Source: Nemertoderma westbladi (lineage: Eukaryota > Animalia > Xenacoelomorpha). Taken from it: a stretch of 64,000 nt of DNA. The translations under genes were made by a program, and so were the position numbers. Below, piece by piece: positions 1 through 12,648 of this stretch (its first letter is position 1; each line of letters opens with the position of its first letter). The stretch spans positions 23,117 to 87,116 of the forward strand of contig JAUCBJ010006630.1 in the NCBI GenBank assembly GCA_032718475.1. Reading direction: 5' to 3'. The notes under the pieces were generated by a model. That model ran no database searches, was not told the DNA's origin, and was given only the letters and a program-made list of their open reading frames with translations.

Positions 1-702
1 AACACCTGAAACCTTCAGACTGTGGTAAACAAGATTACTGCTGGAGAGTTCGATTAATTGCGAGTCAAACAGCGGAATCGGGGAGCCTGGCATTCGATAG
101 CTTGGGCTTACAGGAGCGCATTTTATCACAAACGCGTGACTTGTGTATCTTAGGCGAGGCAGACGTCTTGCATGAGACTGGCTTCAAGGCCACACCATTA
201 CCCGAAAGAACACGCCACCCTCAAGAAGACCCGCAGTTTCGTATTTTTAGAGCCCAGAAGGCCTGACAAGAGATCAAGAAAGATAGTGAATGTCGCCGAA
301 AGAACGACATCAAAGTCGCAGATCCGGATGACTTGGGGCACGGTTTCCCTTCCTAGAGAACCACGAGGAGGGACAGGATATGCTTTGCCAGAACCTATGA
401 GGATTCAGACAACATCGGAGCGTGAGGTGTCAGCGGACGGAACGGTCCCGCCCCTTAGACTCCCTCCTAGCGTTGCGGAGACTCAGTCCGACACCACTAA
501 GCTCATGATTGGGATCGGACGAGGATTTAGAGGATTGATCGCCCGACGGATGTGCAAGATACCAGTTGTTCCTTTTGCTAGTGTTTTAGAACCGCAGACA
601 GCTCGACGCCGAAACCCGAGCCTGGTTCGATCTCGACCACCACCCAGTCGTCTTAGAGGGCGGGGAAGAGCTCGTTCGACGAAGGATAGAGGAGCGAGGT
701 AG
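1..702 (+). pseudogene. Degenerate C-terminal part of the Bel/Pao accessory (exonuclease/zinc-knuckle family) gene, element 0
   Basis: Frame 1 from base 1 reads NT*NLQTVVNKITAGEFD*, aligning with YTWNFVAICDRITKGVFTE in ORF 55628..59092; it ends in an RGRGRARS tail like ORF 55341..55832; several stops. Confidence 0.6.
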
Positions 703-1394
703 AGGAAGAAAGGCTTGCGAGCCTACCGTTGGAGTTTGAATTGGTGTTGGAGTTGGAGAGCGTGATGGAGAAAGGAAGGCTTGCTAGCCTACCATAAGCA
801 ATCAGCGCTCAGGAGAAGATATCTGGACCAGTAGGACGAACTTTACAGCTCATCAGGAGAACACTTTAGAACAATTTGGAACTTATTTGAAAGTGTTTTA
901 GCGTATTACTTTGATCTTATCAATCTTAAATAATTTGTAAATTTGAATTATATTGTATATTACATTATGAAAGCGTTTCAATTGTTTGTCTTAATTTGTT
1001 AATTTGTTTATTATGAGAACTGAAAACCCTTTTTTTATATTTTATGTACTAAATTAGGTAATGAATTTGTATTTTGTATTTGTATGTATGAAGGTTTTAT
1101 AATTACGTAGTATTTGGAATATTGGGTATGCAATATGTAGAGACAGTGATTATTTTAAATTTTAGGCCCCATCCTAGATTTAAGAGATGTTTTAGTTAAT
1201 TATTTGTGTGTATCAATTGGTGAAAACAGTCTTATTTACAGTTTTCATGGAGCGGTGATGGATTATTTCACTGTTAAGTAGTAATCTACAGTACCATGTA
1301 AAAACTTTCTAATCCGACGTAATTTTGACTTAATTTGTAGTAATGTAATATGCCTATTCCTATTAGTAGGTATTAGTTCATCAGTGACTCTATT

Positions 1395-1466
1395 GGCGCA
1401 GTGGTCAGATGGGTTAAGGCATTGGTTATATTCTAAGTAGGTTATGGGTTCGAATCCCGGTCGGGA
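1395..1466 (+). other. tRNA-like (Ser/Leu-type head) sequence with Pol III A/B boxes inside the LTR
   Basis: A-box-like TGGTCAGATGG followed by GTTAAGGC; B box GGTTCGAATCC at 1447-1457; no intact cloverleaf. Confidence 0.5.
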
Positions 1467-1514
1467 ATTTGCATTGTTGGGCTATTAATTTTCGATTTCA
1501 TCGAACTAGATAAG

Positions 1515-1652
1515 CCAATGAGATTGGTACAACACATAGAACGATGGGTTGGGCCAATCATAGAGCATCGAACATCTTATTGCTCCAATGTGAGGCCATG
1601 TAATGTTATAGAATGTTCTAGCTAATTCCACGTCCCAGATTTGCTATATAAA
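1515..1652 (+). promoter_or_regulatory. LTR U3 Pol II promoter
   Basis: CCAAT at 1515, 1554 and 1585; TATATAAA at 1645-1652. Confidence 0.55.
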
Positions 1653-3430
1653 GGGCGGTTTACCCTCCGGTTATCACATACTTGATCACTAATCTAGACT
1701 AATCTTTACTTAATTATTCCTAATGTTAACTTTGTTATTTGTAAAGTAAAGTTGACAAATCTTTTGTAAATACGTAAATATACTGTAAACTATTGAATAT
1801 GTATATTTCCGATTGTCCACCTTTGGAACAGCCAAACATTTGGGAAATGGCTGCCTAAACCGTTAAGCCGTCAGCAACGCAGGGAAAAGATGTCCACAAC
1901 ACTCTAAGCGCCCACATTAGATTCGCCCGCGCGCCCGTTTGAAGCATGCCACCATGCCATACAGCACCCACTTCAGAGGAAGGCAAGACTTTGTTTGACG
2001 CTATTGCCCGCAATAAGACCTTTAGATCAGGGTAAAGCGTGACGCCATCCTGGGAAGCCGTAAAATTTAGGATCAGATATTTTAGAGATTTTAGACAGAG
2101 GCAAACAAGCAAAATCCCCGGATTAACCTGTATCTCCTACAGGTGTGAGCTATTGCTGTTCGTTAAGACGCGCAAGTACACTTAGGTGCGGATAGCACAT
2201 GCTCTATAATTTGGTGATTTGCACTACTGACAGTTCTGTACCGGTTCACCTTGTAGTTCGTACATTTTCCCGCCCCTGTCTGTGCCCGAAATATTTGATC
2301 AGGCAAGGAGCAGCTTTTGGCTACCGGCACATGCTTGGCCTAGGGAGGTTACTAACATCCTACCGCGCCTTGCCACATACTGATAGGTATTTACTGTTAA
2401 CCACCGCAGTAACAAAGTTCTAGAATCAAATTTGTATACCAGATCAGCTAACGTACGGTAGTAATTAACACCTATTTTCTTATCTTACAATCAGAATCTG
2501 GTATTAGTGCCGATCACGGGTGTAGTTACTAATACCGTAATTGCCCAGTTGAGTTGTAGATAAGGAGGAGAGAACTTTGACGTCAGTTTGTAAGTATTGA
2601 GCCTACAGCGCGTAACTAGCTTATTTTAGTAGCTAGCGCCCAGTATTGATTTTGATTAAGATCACTAAAACCTAGTATATCGCAATATACCAAAATTGTT
2701 TTATTCGTAACACACACACACACACACATGTCCTAAAACATATATACTCCCCTTCAAGACCTACTAGTTATTGATTACTTTTAGGTTACTTTCAATAAGA
2801 GATATTCTGCAGTTCTACTATTCGTATTTTGTAATTTTAGGAGATTTTAGTATTTAGTTTTATGGCAAGTATTTTAGATGGCATGCACCCCTTTTGACTG
2901 CTTTATCTGATCAGCAGTATTGTTACTTTAGGCACCGCCCCCTTTTGACTGCTTCCTGTTGGTAGTATTGTTACGCTAGTCTGTTAATCCACTAGAATGT
3001 ATATAAACTATATAAATCACACCGCGGAAAGTTTACGGTATTTAGGTCCATTAGCGATAGTTAGAATTCGCTGCGCGGGGATTGTTTTCCCATGAGTTTG
3101 GTCTGTCACTGTAAACTGTACATCTTCCTCACCGATCAGAGGCCAGGTATCCTGTTTTGTCTAGTTTGCCCAGGCATTTGACTCGCCCACGTATTAGAAT
3201 AGACACCAGGCTCCGTTCCTAGCCAGTAGTTGCTTATTTAGTATCTTGCGTGTTTAGGTACCCTGGACTGGGATTTATTGTCGGATACTGTACGAGCCCG
3301 TATACACTGCTAGATCTTACATTAAGGTACATTGTTACTAGGATCCGGTAGGCGGTATACTACTGGACTTTTCAATTGATATAGAACTATTGGAATTGAT
3401 GTGGGATACAGGTGAGCATTTTATCAATTA

Positions 3431-4004
3431 TGTTAGCGAATTCAATTCCACTAACCACCCCATAAAGTTGGACAATCAGGGCCTTTAAGCAATATTGGGG
3501 AGTACGAGGTTGATTGCCAATCAACCTCGTATCACCCCAATAAACGGGGACGACAAACCCCAAAGGGCCTCACACAATAGAGGTTAGAGGTCAGGCTACC
3601 TCAAGGAGAGAGAGTAACAGCATTGGGGGGGGGGGGGGGGAAACACCCCCGCAGAGCTGAAGGCGAGAAGTAGGTAATCAACCAATCGGGGGACAGGAAA
3701 GGCATCAGCTGAGTAATAAGGCCAACGTGGTGTGATATATTACCGGTTGGTGTTCAGTTTACAGTTTAGTTTACTCAGTCATTCAGTCAGGGCAGTACGG
3801 TGATATTTTATAACCTTCACCGCCGTCACCAACTATAACCTATATTTTACCGGTCAACTGTGCTTGCTATCTACTATCACCCTATATTACACATATATAT
3901 TTCCACATTTGATAACGTTAGAACAACAAACTATTATCTTTTCATTCGCACGGCGGGGACGCGTAAATAAACTACACCGGTCGGGATTCTCGGATCCCGT
4001 CACA
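3431..4004 (+). repeat. 5' LTR of element X
   Basis: TGTTAGCG...GTCACA; direct repeat of 9323-9901. Confidence 0.92.
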
Positions 4005-4052
4005 GTTATAAAATGTAAGAACTACCCGAACTGTGACTGCCAAAGAGTAAAG

Positions 4053-6666
4053 ATGAGTCAAGAGGGAGAGACGACACTGCCGCGGACCCCGGACGACAAC
4101 CTAATGATCCACAAGGCCGCAACGAGACGGTATCGACCTACGAGGCCGGATTCGTCGACGAGAAACGGTCCGGCGGCCCAGGCGGAGGGCGGCCGTCTAC
4201 CACAGCGAGGGAGAGAAGAGTCAAGAGAAGGGAGAGACGAGTCAACGCGCGACGGCGATCAACGTACCCATGTCGCCGGCCAGCCACAGGCCAAGGGCGA
4301 CGTATGGCCCACCGGAACGGCAACGGTGGAGCCGCCGGTACGACGCCGGACACGGAGAGAAAGGGGAAAGGTTGGCGACGAGGACGTCGGAGTCAGCGAT
4401 CGGCTCCAATGGGCTTACATCACCACAAAGGAACAGTTGAGGGAGGCCAAGGAAGGGGCGAAGATAGACCAGGTGAAGCTAGAGAAGAGCCTAGGTGAGT
4501 CGAATAAACATTTTGATTATCTGGTGCGCATTGGGCAGGGAGAACTAGCCAATGAGAGAGCGAGAGGGGTCGCCACCGAACTGTTTGAACTGTGGGAATC
4601 TAGGGGTATGGAGCCTGGTGTAGTGTACATAGGGCCATACTTAGTTGATGCCAGCGGTGTTAAGTTAGTGGGTTGGGAGGGACTGCACGAGGGCAAATCT
4701 GAGGTTAGTTCCGAGGATTCGGTCTCGACGGTCAACGAAAATCCCAGAAAGCGGGGGAAAGTTAGCAGGACGGAGAGGCAACGGGAGTCCGTTGTGACCA
4801 ATAAGTCCGCTACATCCTCCGCGAAAGAAAGAAGGGTGCGGGAGATAAATCTGGCGTATAAATTGACAATTGCGGCGCTAGACCAAAAAGAGTTAGAGAG
4901 GCGACTGAGGGAGAGACCAGAATAGTTGGAGAGTGAAAGAGAGTTGGCGAGGGAGTGTAGAGAGAGAGCCGAGGAGCGTATAGAGCGGGAGATGAGAGTA
5001 GAGGACGAGCCGACGAGGCGGTTTGAGATGGTTGCGAGAGGGGCAGAGTTGGCCGAGCAGAGTATACGAGAGGACAGAGAGAAAGAGATAGAGGCAAAGT
5101 GTGTGCGGGATGTTTTGCATGCCCGCCTAAGGGGGCTTATGCAATATCAAGTCAAACAGAAGCGCTGACTAAAACTGGCGCAGTTGGGACTATCAGAGAG
5201 TGAGGCTGGCTCGGGTAGTATTTGCAAGGAGCCAGAGGTAGTGAAAACGTTTGTTAATACCCCACTTACTCTTACAGGCACCGGGCAAGAGAACCAGAAC
5301 TGGTGTAGCCGTACGGGTGGGGGGGGGGGGGGTAATAATAATACGTCAGAAGTAATTAATATTAATAGTACCGTAGTGGATAACCCTAATCAAACTTTTA
5401 TTGCAGAAAATAATATTTTATCCGGTGATTCTAATTTAAATTTAAATATAAATAATTCAAATAATAATATTAATTCAAATATTCAAAATAATCCGAATAA
5501 TATTAATTCAAATATACAAAATAATTCGAATAGTAATTTAAATTTAGAAAATAATAACAATTCTAATTTAAATAATTTAAATAATAATATTGATAACGGG
5601 GCTATTAATACTAATGTAGACACAGGCAGTCCGGCCAACAAGGGCCTGCAAGGCCACGCAGTTAGTGCGCAGGGAGTAGCGGGAGTGAGAAACCCCGATG
5701 GGGGCCTGGTAGGCCACGTAGTTAGTAGGCAGGGAGTAGCGGGGTTGAGTCAACCCGATGGGGGCCTACCAGGCCACGCAGTAGTAGAGAGAGAGGCGGG
5801 GGTGAACAGACCCAGCCATAGTAGAGACAGTGCGTCGACTAGAGAGGGATGTAGAAGTGAAGTAAGAGATAGTGCAGTTAGATGTGGCGAGTGGGGGGGG
5901 GGGGGGGGGCTACGGGCGCCCCACCACGAGAGATTATTAGCAAGAGGGGGGGGGGGGGGGGGGCAGAGAATGTCCCACAGGCGTCGGCGGATAATGCGCG
6001 GGGGGCAAGTTAGGTGAACCGCGGCACCCAATGATGGAGAATAGTAGTAGAAGAGTCGTTGCTAGGTGCAACTGGAGAGCGAGGACGGATAGCGAGCCGT
6101 CGGTAGTAGAGATGGAGTCAGGGAGTCAGTGGGGTCGAGCTCCGGGAGATTGCCGTCGCCCCGGGGAGACGCGACATGACGAGGCGTACTACGCGCCGAG
6201 AAAGGGGTACAGGATGTACCGGTACGAGGATGAGAACAGTAGAGGGGGTCGAAGAGAAACTTCCCGGCAGGATCTACTTACCGATCGAGAATACGGTAGC
6301 CGCGGGGAGGATTATTCGAGAAGGTTGAACTTCGATCCCGAGCGACACATACAGACTGCAGGACATACTGTAGGCCTTACTGCACATACTATAGGCCATG
6401 CTGGGAGAGATAATGTAGGCGATAGGGTAGCGCGGACGACGGGATTAGATCCGGAAGTCGCGGAGTACATGCCGGTAGGTAGGCAAGAAGTGGATAGGCC
6501 TATATCGGTACCAGCACAGCAGCATGACTATAATATCCAGGGACATAACAAAAACCCGGTTGAGGGGGATATTGCAGATAGGCAATATAAACAACCAAGA
6601 ACAAATATATGCAAATACCCGGTTGAGGGGGATATTGCAGATAGATGGATGGGCCACAATATATGA
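4053..6666 (+). pseudogene. Disrupted gag-like/unknown ORF of element X (charged coiled coil, Asn-rich and RG-rich segments)
   Basis: Consecutive plus-strand ORFs 3864..4925, 4926..5168, 5184..6017 and 6031..6666 separated by stops or a frameshift; first ATG after the LTR at 4053; no recognisable domain. Confidence 0.5.
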
Positions 6667-6939
6667 ACATCAACCCCAGTACCAAACATAACACCGGTGA
6701 GGGGGGGGGGGGGGCAGGGTGACATTCCCCCACTACAAATATCCGCAGTATAGACAACCAAGAACAAACAAGTAGAGGAAACAAGTACAGTAGGGTGAGC
6801 TAGAGGAGAAAGATGGGAGAGATGAGAAGGGAACAGGGGGTGCTTTGAAATAAGTAGGGCACGGGCGTGATGACGTGTTTGATGTAAGAGCAGGGTATGT
6901 TAACTAGGGTGGGTGCCGGGCACAAGAGGTGCCGGGCAC

Positions 6940-8230
6940 AAGAAGTTAGCAGAGTAGAGGTACTAGTAGAGTGGTTGTGGGCACCGCAAGCGCCACGTAG
7001 ATGAATAAGGTAGTAGAGTTAGTATGAGTTAGCAATGTAGAGGTAGTAGTAGAGTGGTTGTGGGCACCCCAAGCGCCACGTAGATGGAGGTAGTTGAGTT
7101 AGTAAGAGGGTACGTAGTACCGGTTAGTAAGAGTTAGTGGAGTTAGAGGTTAGTAAGAGGGTAAGTAGTACCGGTTAGTAGAGTTAGTAAGAGTTAGTAG
7201 TAGTTCACATAATTAACATACCCACTTTGCCGGCACTCAGAGCGTCACGTGCAGGCGAGGAGACGTAAAGGGGATAAGATGTAAGGTAGGTGTAGAGGAG
7301 ATAAGATGTAGATAGAGTAGAGGGAGTAGATGTAGAGGAAGTAGATAGAGGCGGGAGAGATGCGTGATGAAGGGGTGGCCCATAAGTTATTGAGTAGTCT
7401 GGTGGGTTGGACGGAAAGGGTACGGACGTGCCGAGGTGTATGCATAGGTGTAAGAGTACCTCGTACGAAATATGAGAAGTATGAGCACCTAGGTGTAGGA
7501 GTACCTTGTATGAAATATGAGAAGTATGAGCACCTAGGTGTAGGAGTACCTTGTATGAAGTACGGGAAGTATGAGCACCTTTGATGGCACTGAGGGCGCC
7601 ACGTACGGAATTGAGGGGGGCATGTATACATAACCGTAGTTGTAGGATGCCAGGTAGTAGAGTAGTAGAGGCGGGCACATAGGGTGCCAGGTAGTAGAGT
7701 AGTAGAGGCAGGCATGTAGGGTGCCAGGTAGTAGAGTAGTGGATGCGGGTGCATAGGGTGCCAGGTAGTAGAGGCGGGCACATAGGGTGCCTAATGTAGT
7801 AGAATAGTAGAGAGGGCACAAATAGAGGGGGGGTATGTACATATGCTATTGCCAAAGAGTATGGAAAGTTAAAACCTGTGGGCGCTAAGGGCATCATTAG
7901 TAAGAGTAGTAAGAGGGTACGTAGTACCGTTAGCTAGAGGTAGAGAGTCAGTAGAGTTAGTAGAGGTAGAGAGTCAGTGGAGTTAGTAGAGGTAGAGAGT
8001 CAGTAGAGTTAGTAGAGGTAGAGAGTTAGAAAGTTAGTAGAGTTAGTAGAGGTAGAGAGTAAGTGAAGTTAGAGAGTTAGTAAAGGTAGAGAGTCAGTAG
8101 AGTTAGAGAGTCAGTAGAGTTAGAGAGTCAGTAGAGCCAGGGAGTTAGTAGAGCTAGTGGAGTCAGTAGAGTTAGCAGTAAGAGAGTAGAGACTGTAGAA
8201 GTAGTAGCTAGAAAAGGTAGATAGGATAAT
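6940..8230 (+). repeat. Purine-rich minisatellites inside element X
   Basis: Tandem AGTAGAGTT/AGAGGTAGAGAGTC, GGGTGCCAGGTAGTAGA and GAAGTATGAGCACC units. Confidence 0.8.
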
Positions 8231-9322
8231 AGCACAGAACAGGGGCAAATAGAGATAAGACAAAATTAAAATAAAAGTTAAGAATATCAGGATCACCTCC
8301 AAACTACAGAAGGGCCTTCTAGGTGGCCTTCGAAGGTCTGGTAGACCACCCGGGGCTGGAGAGCGAGTCGGTGTAATAAAACAGCCGGCATCTAGTAGAC
8401 AGGGAGGTCGATACACATAACAGAGCTGGGAGAAGTTGTAAACGGATAGACTTGAGGGGAAGCGACTGGAAGAAGTCGCCAGGTGAGAAAGGCGGAGAGA
8501 GAGTTTAATAGTAGGAGTGAAACGCGTTATGTAGACGAGCATATAATATAATATATATAATAATAATAATTATAATCTTATAATAATTATATAGTAATTC
8601 ATATATATTATACAGTATGTACCGTAGTCAAGTACAACCTTTTTCCAATTAGCTACTGGGACTCGGGACTAATTGACTAGGGCGACGGGACGGGACTTAG
8701 ACGGCTCCCAGTAACATGGTGCACACATGTGTGGGACCCGATAAGTGTGTGGTCATTAAACAACAGGGCGGAGTTCAGGATTTATTGTGAAAGCTCGTAT
8801 CCTGCGGGATAAGAATCGTGCAGATAGGCACTACCGGGATATGAGTAGGAGGGGCACTTGATAGGACCACAGGCGTAAAGAGTGAGGAGTATGAGAAGAG
8901 TATGAGAGGAGAATGCAAGAGAGATAGCGAGAGGTGGTGTGGAGGCGCGCGGAGAGTGCGGGTGCAATTCAAGTGTGGGGGGGGGGGGGGAGGAGTAAGA
9001 GACAGAGTGAGGGACAAGGAGGTCCGAGAGTTAGAGCGGAAGTAAAGAGAAGTAGAGGAGAGTTATGGTGTTGGGGAATCAAAAATTGTGTGAGAGAAGC
9101 CCACAATCAGCCCGACACGGGACGGCAGATGTCTTGGTGTAAGATAGACAAAGTTGCACCAAGACGGGGTAGCGATATCATACCCATAGGGAGCGGCCTG
9201 GAAAGCCGGCTCCAAAGAAAATAACTCCACCTCACACCCGATAGTAGATCGGGATCCAGCGGAATTGTAGCGCACTAGAGGTGGATGCTATCTTCTCGCC
9301 GGGAAGATAGCATGGGGGGGAG

Positions 9323-9901
9323 TGTTAGCGAAATCAATTCCGCTAACCACCCCATAAAGTTGGACAATCAGGGCCTTTAAGCAATATTGGGGAGTACGAG
9401 GTTGATTGCCAATCAACCTCGTATCACCCCCAATAAACGGGGACGACAAACCCCAAAGGGCCTCACACAATAGAGGTTAGAGTTCAGGCTACCTCAAGGA
9501 GAGAGAGAGTAACAGCAGCGGGGGGGGGGGGGGGGGGAAACACCCCCGCAGAGCTGAAGGCGAGAAGTAGGTAATCAACCAATGGGGGGACAGGAAAGGC
9601 ATCAGTTGAGTAATAAGGCCAACGTGGTGTGATATATTACCGGTTGGTGTTCAGTTTACCGTTTAGTTTACTCAGTCATTCAGTCAGGGCAGTACGGTGA
9701 TATTTTTTAACCGTCACCGCCGTCACCAACTATAACCTATATTTTACCGGTCAACTGTGCTTGCTATCTACTATCACCCTATATTACACATATATATTTC
9801 CACATTTGATAACGTTAGAACAACAAACTATTATCTTTTCATTTGCACGGTGGGGACGCGTAAATAAACTACACCGGTCGGGGTTCGGGGATCCGGTCAC
9901 A
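9323..9901 (+). repeat. 3' LTR of element X
   Basis: Direct repeat of 3431-4004, preceded by a PPT and followed by the TSD. Confidence 0.92.
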
Positions 9902-10416
9902 AATTACTCGATTTCTTGTTCAAGGACTTCCAAAATTGTTCAATGGTAAAGTAGACGATGCCCAGTATTGACACTTTCTCATAAATGCCTTCCCGGTAGG
10001 CAGGTCGCTGTGAAATTTATTATTCACATTAATGGGAGTTGAATAGTCGCTGTGTTAAAGGTTGGTTTACTCACATGCTGGGAGCATGGACATTCAGCAT
10101 CACAGCCTCACCGGAAGCCTATTCGATTATAGAACAGGTAGCAAGCAAGTAAACAGTCTGCAGAAGATGACTGCTCCTCTTTTGATATCTGCTACCTGAA
10201 TGTAGTGCATGGGGTGGGAGCTACTCATATGCAAAGTTTTGCTTCCAGTAATTCAACTTGTCTTTATTTCATCGACCCCAGAGTATGAAATGTTGAATTT
10301 ATAATTCTTTTAAAAAAGCAAATTTTATTAAATTTAATAGTGACTTGGGTAAAACTTGGGACGCAAATTCAACTACTTTTCCGCTTCAATTACGAAATAA
10401 TATGTAATAAACTCAC

Positions 10417-11162
10417 CTTGTTAACTTGTTTTTATCCATGTAAAATTTGCGCAACAACTTGATATCATTCATTTCAGATAATTTTGTAATAAGATTACTT
10501 CCTAAATCTAGGGAAATCAACTGGCCAAATGGAATACATGCAGTACACACTTCGGTAATGGAATTATCTCTTACAGATAGCGTTGTGAGTGATGACATAT
10601 TCTGTAGTCCCAAAGATGATATGTCGGTCAGATTATTTCCGCTTAAATCGAGAATTTTGATGGACGTGAGGTTCTCAAAATAGTTAACACCAATTGCAAT
10701 GGTAGTGAGTTGGTTCTTAGCCAAGTTGAGAATCTTTAATTTTATCAATTTGTTTATCCCAGAAGAATTAACATTAGAGAATTTGTTTCGATCAAGTTTT
10801 AAGGTTGTCATGTTGATGGCGTTACCTAGTCCATTGGGTATAAGATCTAAGGAATTGTTGCTGAGTTCCAGTTTGGTTAAAGTTGGTTGAATAAGGAATT
10901 CTGTTGCGGTAACATCAATATTTTCCAGGACTCCATCAATAATTTTCAACTCAATTAAACTAACATTTAATTCTTTCCAGGCTGTGATAGCTTCCTTCCC
11001 AATCTCCTTCTTTGTCAACCCATTAACGATTAGTTTAACTTCTTTATTTTCTTTGAAATCATCTTCTGGAACAGGAAATACGTCTGTACCCCTTCTAAGA
11101 CATTGTACAGTGTTCAGAAAATTACGGCAAATGCATCGCGATCTCATTCCGACCTTACATTT
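10417..11162 (-). CDS. Internal exon of a host extracellular leucine-rich-repeat protein (Cys-rich LRRNT cap plus LRRs)
   Basis: KCKVGMRSRCIC...C cap followed by LxxLxLxxN repeats; acceptor TTTCAG ending at 11163 and donor GTGAGT at 10416-10411 on the minus strand; open frame throughout. Confidence 0.85.
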
Positions 11163-11721
11163 CTGAAATTCACAAACATGTTCATTATTTAAGGGGATAA
11201 GTGGTGGTTAACATGTTTTTAAAAATTGTGTTATTTTTTCAGAATATCCCCAATAATTAAAAAATTAGCTATACACATGATAAAGTCTGTTGTCTGATTG
11301 TTTCACCCAAAAAATAATAAATAGAAAGGAAACTAATGATTCCTTCTAAAGGAAGTATTCTATGCTCGCTATTATACTATTATATTAATGCGATATTAAT
11401 GATATTAATTTCTAGACATTGAAAAGTAATTCATAAATATGAGGGAAGTTCAAAGTAAAATCTTGATTCGGTCAGGATTAAAATACAACTAGAAACATAT
11501 TACTGTTGATTACTGTTACACATTAATAATGTTGATGAAAGGTATGTACGAAGCCCTGAAAGGGACACAAAAATATTGTTTTCTATCATCTGCGCAAAAC
11601 TTAGTATCTTGTGTACACCCGGAGTACAGTGATTTCTGTGATGGGCTCTATGGCTAGCTATGGTGTACGAATACTTATTGACTTTACGTTTATCACATTG
11701 GTTTAACTTGCCTTGCCTTAA

Positions 11722-12190
11722 CCCTATTAGTACACTGGGCTATAAAAAGTTGTACAAACACCGGAGGGTAGGGAGGTCATATTGACCCCCACAAATTTTA
11801 ACGAAAACGTCTGATATTTTGTTTTGTACGTAGATTTCAATAGTGTTAATCCCACCAAGAAAAAATTTTTGAAAAATTTACTGGGGTGGTACCAAAATTA
11901 CAAGTAGTGAACAATTTGAAAGATAAATTTTTCAGCTAACCTTTAGCTAACTTAACCTAACTTTCAGCTAACAGGTTTTCTGGGGCGTTGAATCCATTGG
12001 AAAATATTTAAAAATGATCTGATTACTATAAAAGGCAGTTTTAGTCCTCTACGTAGGCAAAAAAAAGTGAATAAAAACAAGTAACCAGTACTTTTTAGTT
12101 TGAATACAAATTTTTGAAATCACTTACACGATGCTATGAATTCATATTTTCAGGTTTTCTGGGGGCCCTGAATCTAATGGAATACATTTC
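11722..12190. mobile_element. Truncated piggyBac-type non-autonomous element (one end)
   Basis: TTAA|CCCTATTAGTAC...; reverse-complement homology to the right end of 48392-49938; inner boundary approximate. Confidence 0.7.
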
Positions 12191-12648
12191 TAATAAATAA
12201 ATAAAATGATATAAAATTAATAATAATATATAATAATAATTTAATTTAATTTCTCCAGCGTCTCGCCGAAGCACTCTAGGCCCGGTGGAACGGGAAGCAG
12301 GAAGGGGGTTTCAGCAGACGGAAGGGTTTCTAGGGGCAATCAGTAGGAGGCTACTGTTCGGCCTGCTGCGGACGAATTCCCTCTGTCTCCGTGGAGGGCG
12401 CCGCCCCTGGCGAGGTCTCGGGTTTGGGGAAGGGGCAGTCGATAAACAGTCGACTGTCTAGATTTATCGGTTTCCGACCCGGACAGATGTTATTGCCTGC
12501 ACTACTATGGTCGTCGATATCAACCTTAGATATATAACATAAACTATTACAATATCGCAAAATGGTTTGATTTATTGTGCTATAAATTCTACATCATATC
12601 TAATTTACATTTTCCTTATAATTAAATTTAATAATACTACTACTACTA

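Larger units (their letters stand above)
1..2712 (+). mobile_element. 3' end of a Bel/Pao-lineage LTR retrotransposon (element 0); 3' LTR about 1256-2712
   Basis: Accessory-gene remnant, AT-rich 3' UTR, then PPT GGAGCGG directly followed by TG at 1256 (same PPT as elements 1 and 3); CCAAT/TATA cluster; right end placed at ...TAACA 2712 is tentative. Confidence 0.55.
3431..9901 (+). mobile_element. Non-autonomous (pol-less) LTR retroelement, element X
   Basis: Near-identical TG...CA LTRs at 3431-4004 and 9323-9901; 5-bp TSD AATTA (3426-3430, 9902-9906); PPT GGGGGGGAG before the 3' LTR; no RT, RNase H or integrase motifs found. Confidence 0.92.

Noticed and set aside
1395-1466. Functional tRNA gene
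   Set aside because: Acceptor and anticodon stems do not pair; kept only as tRNA-like
7205-8542. Minus-strand ORFs in element X
   Set aside because: By-products of minisatellites and strand skew
12253-12560. GC-rich segment with a short minus-strand ORF
   Set aside because: Possibly a retroelement 3' fragment, but no motif or TSD supports a call
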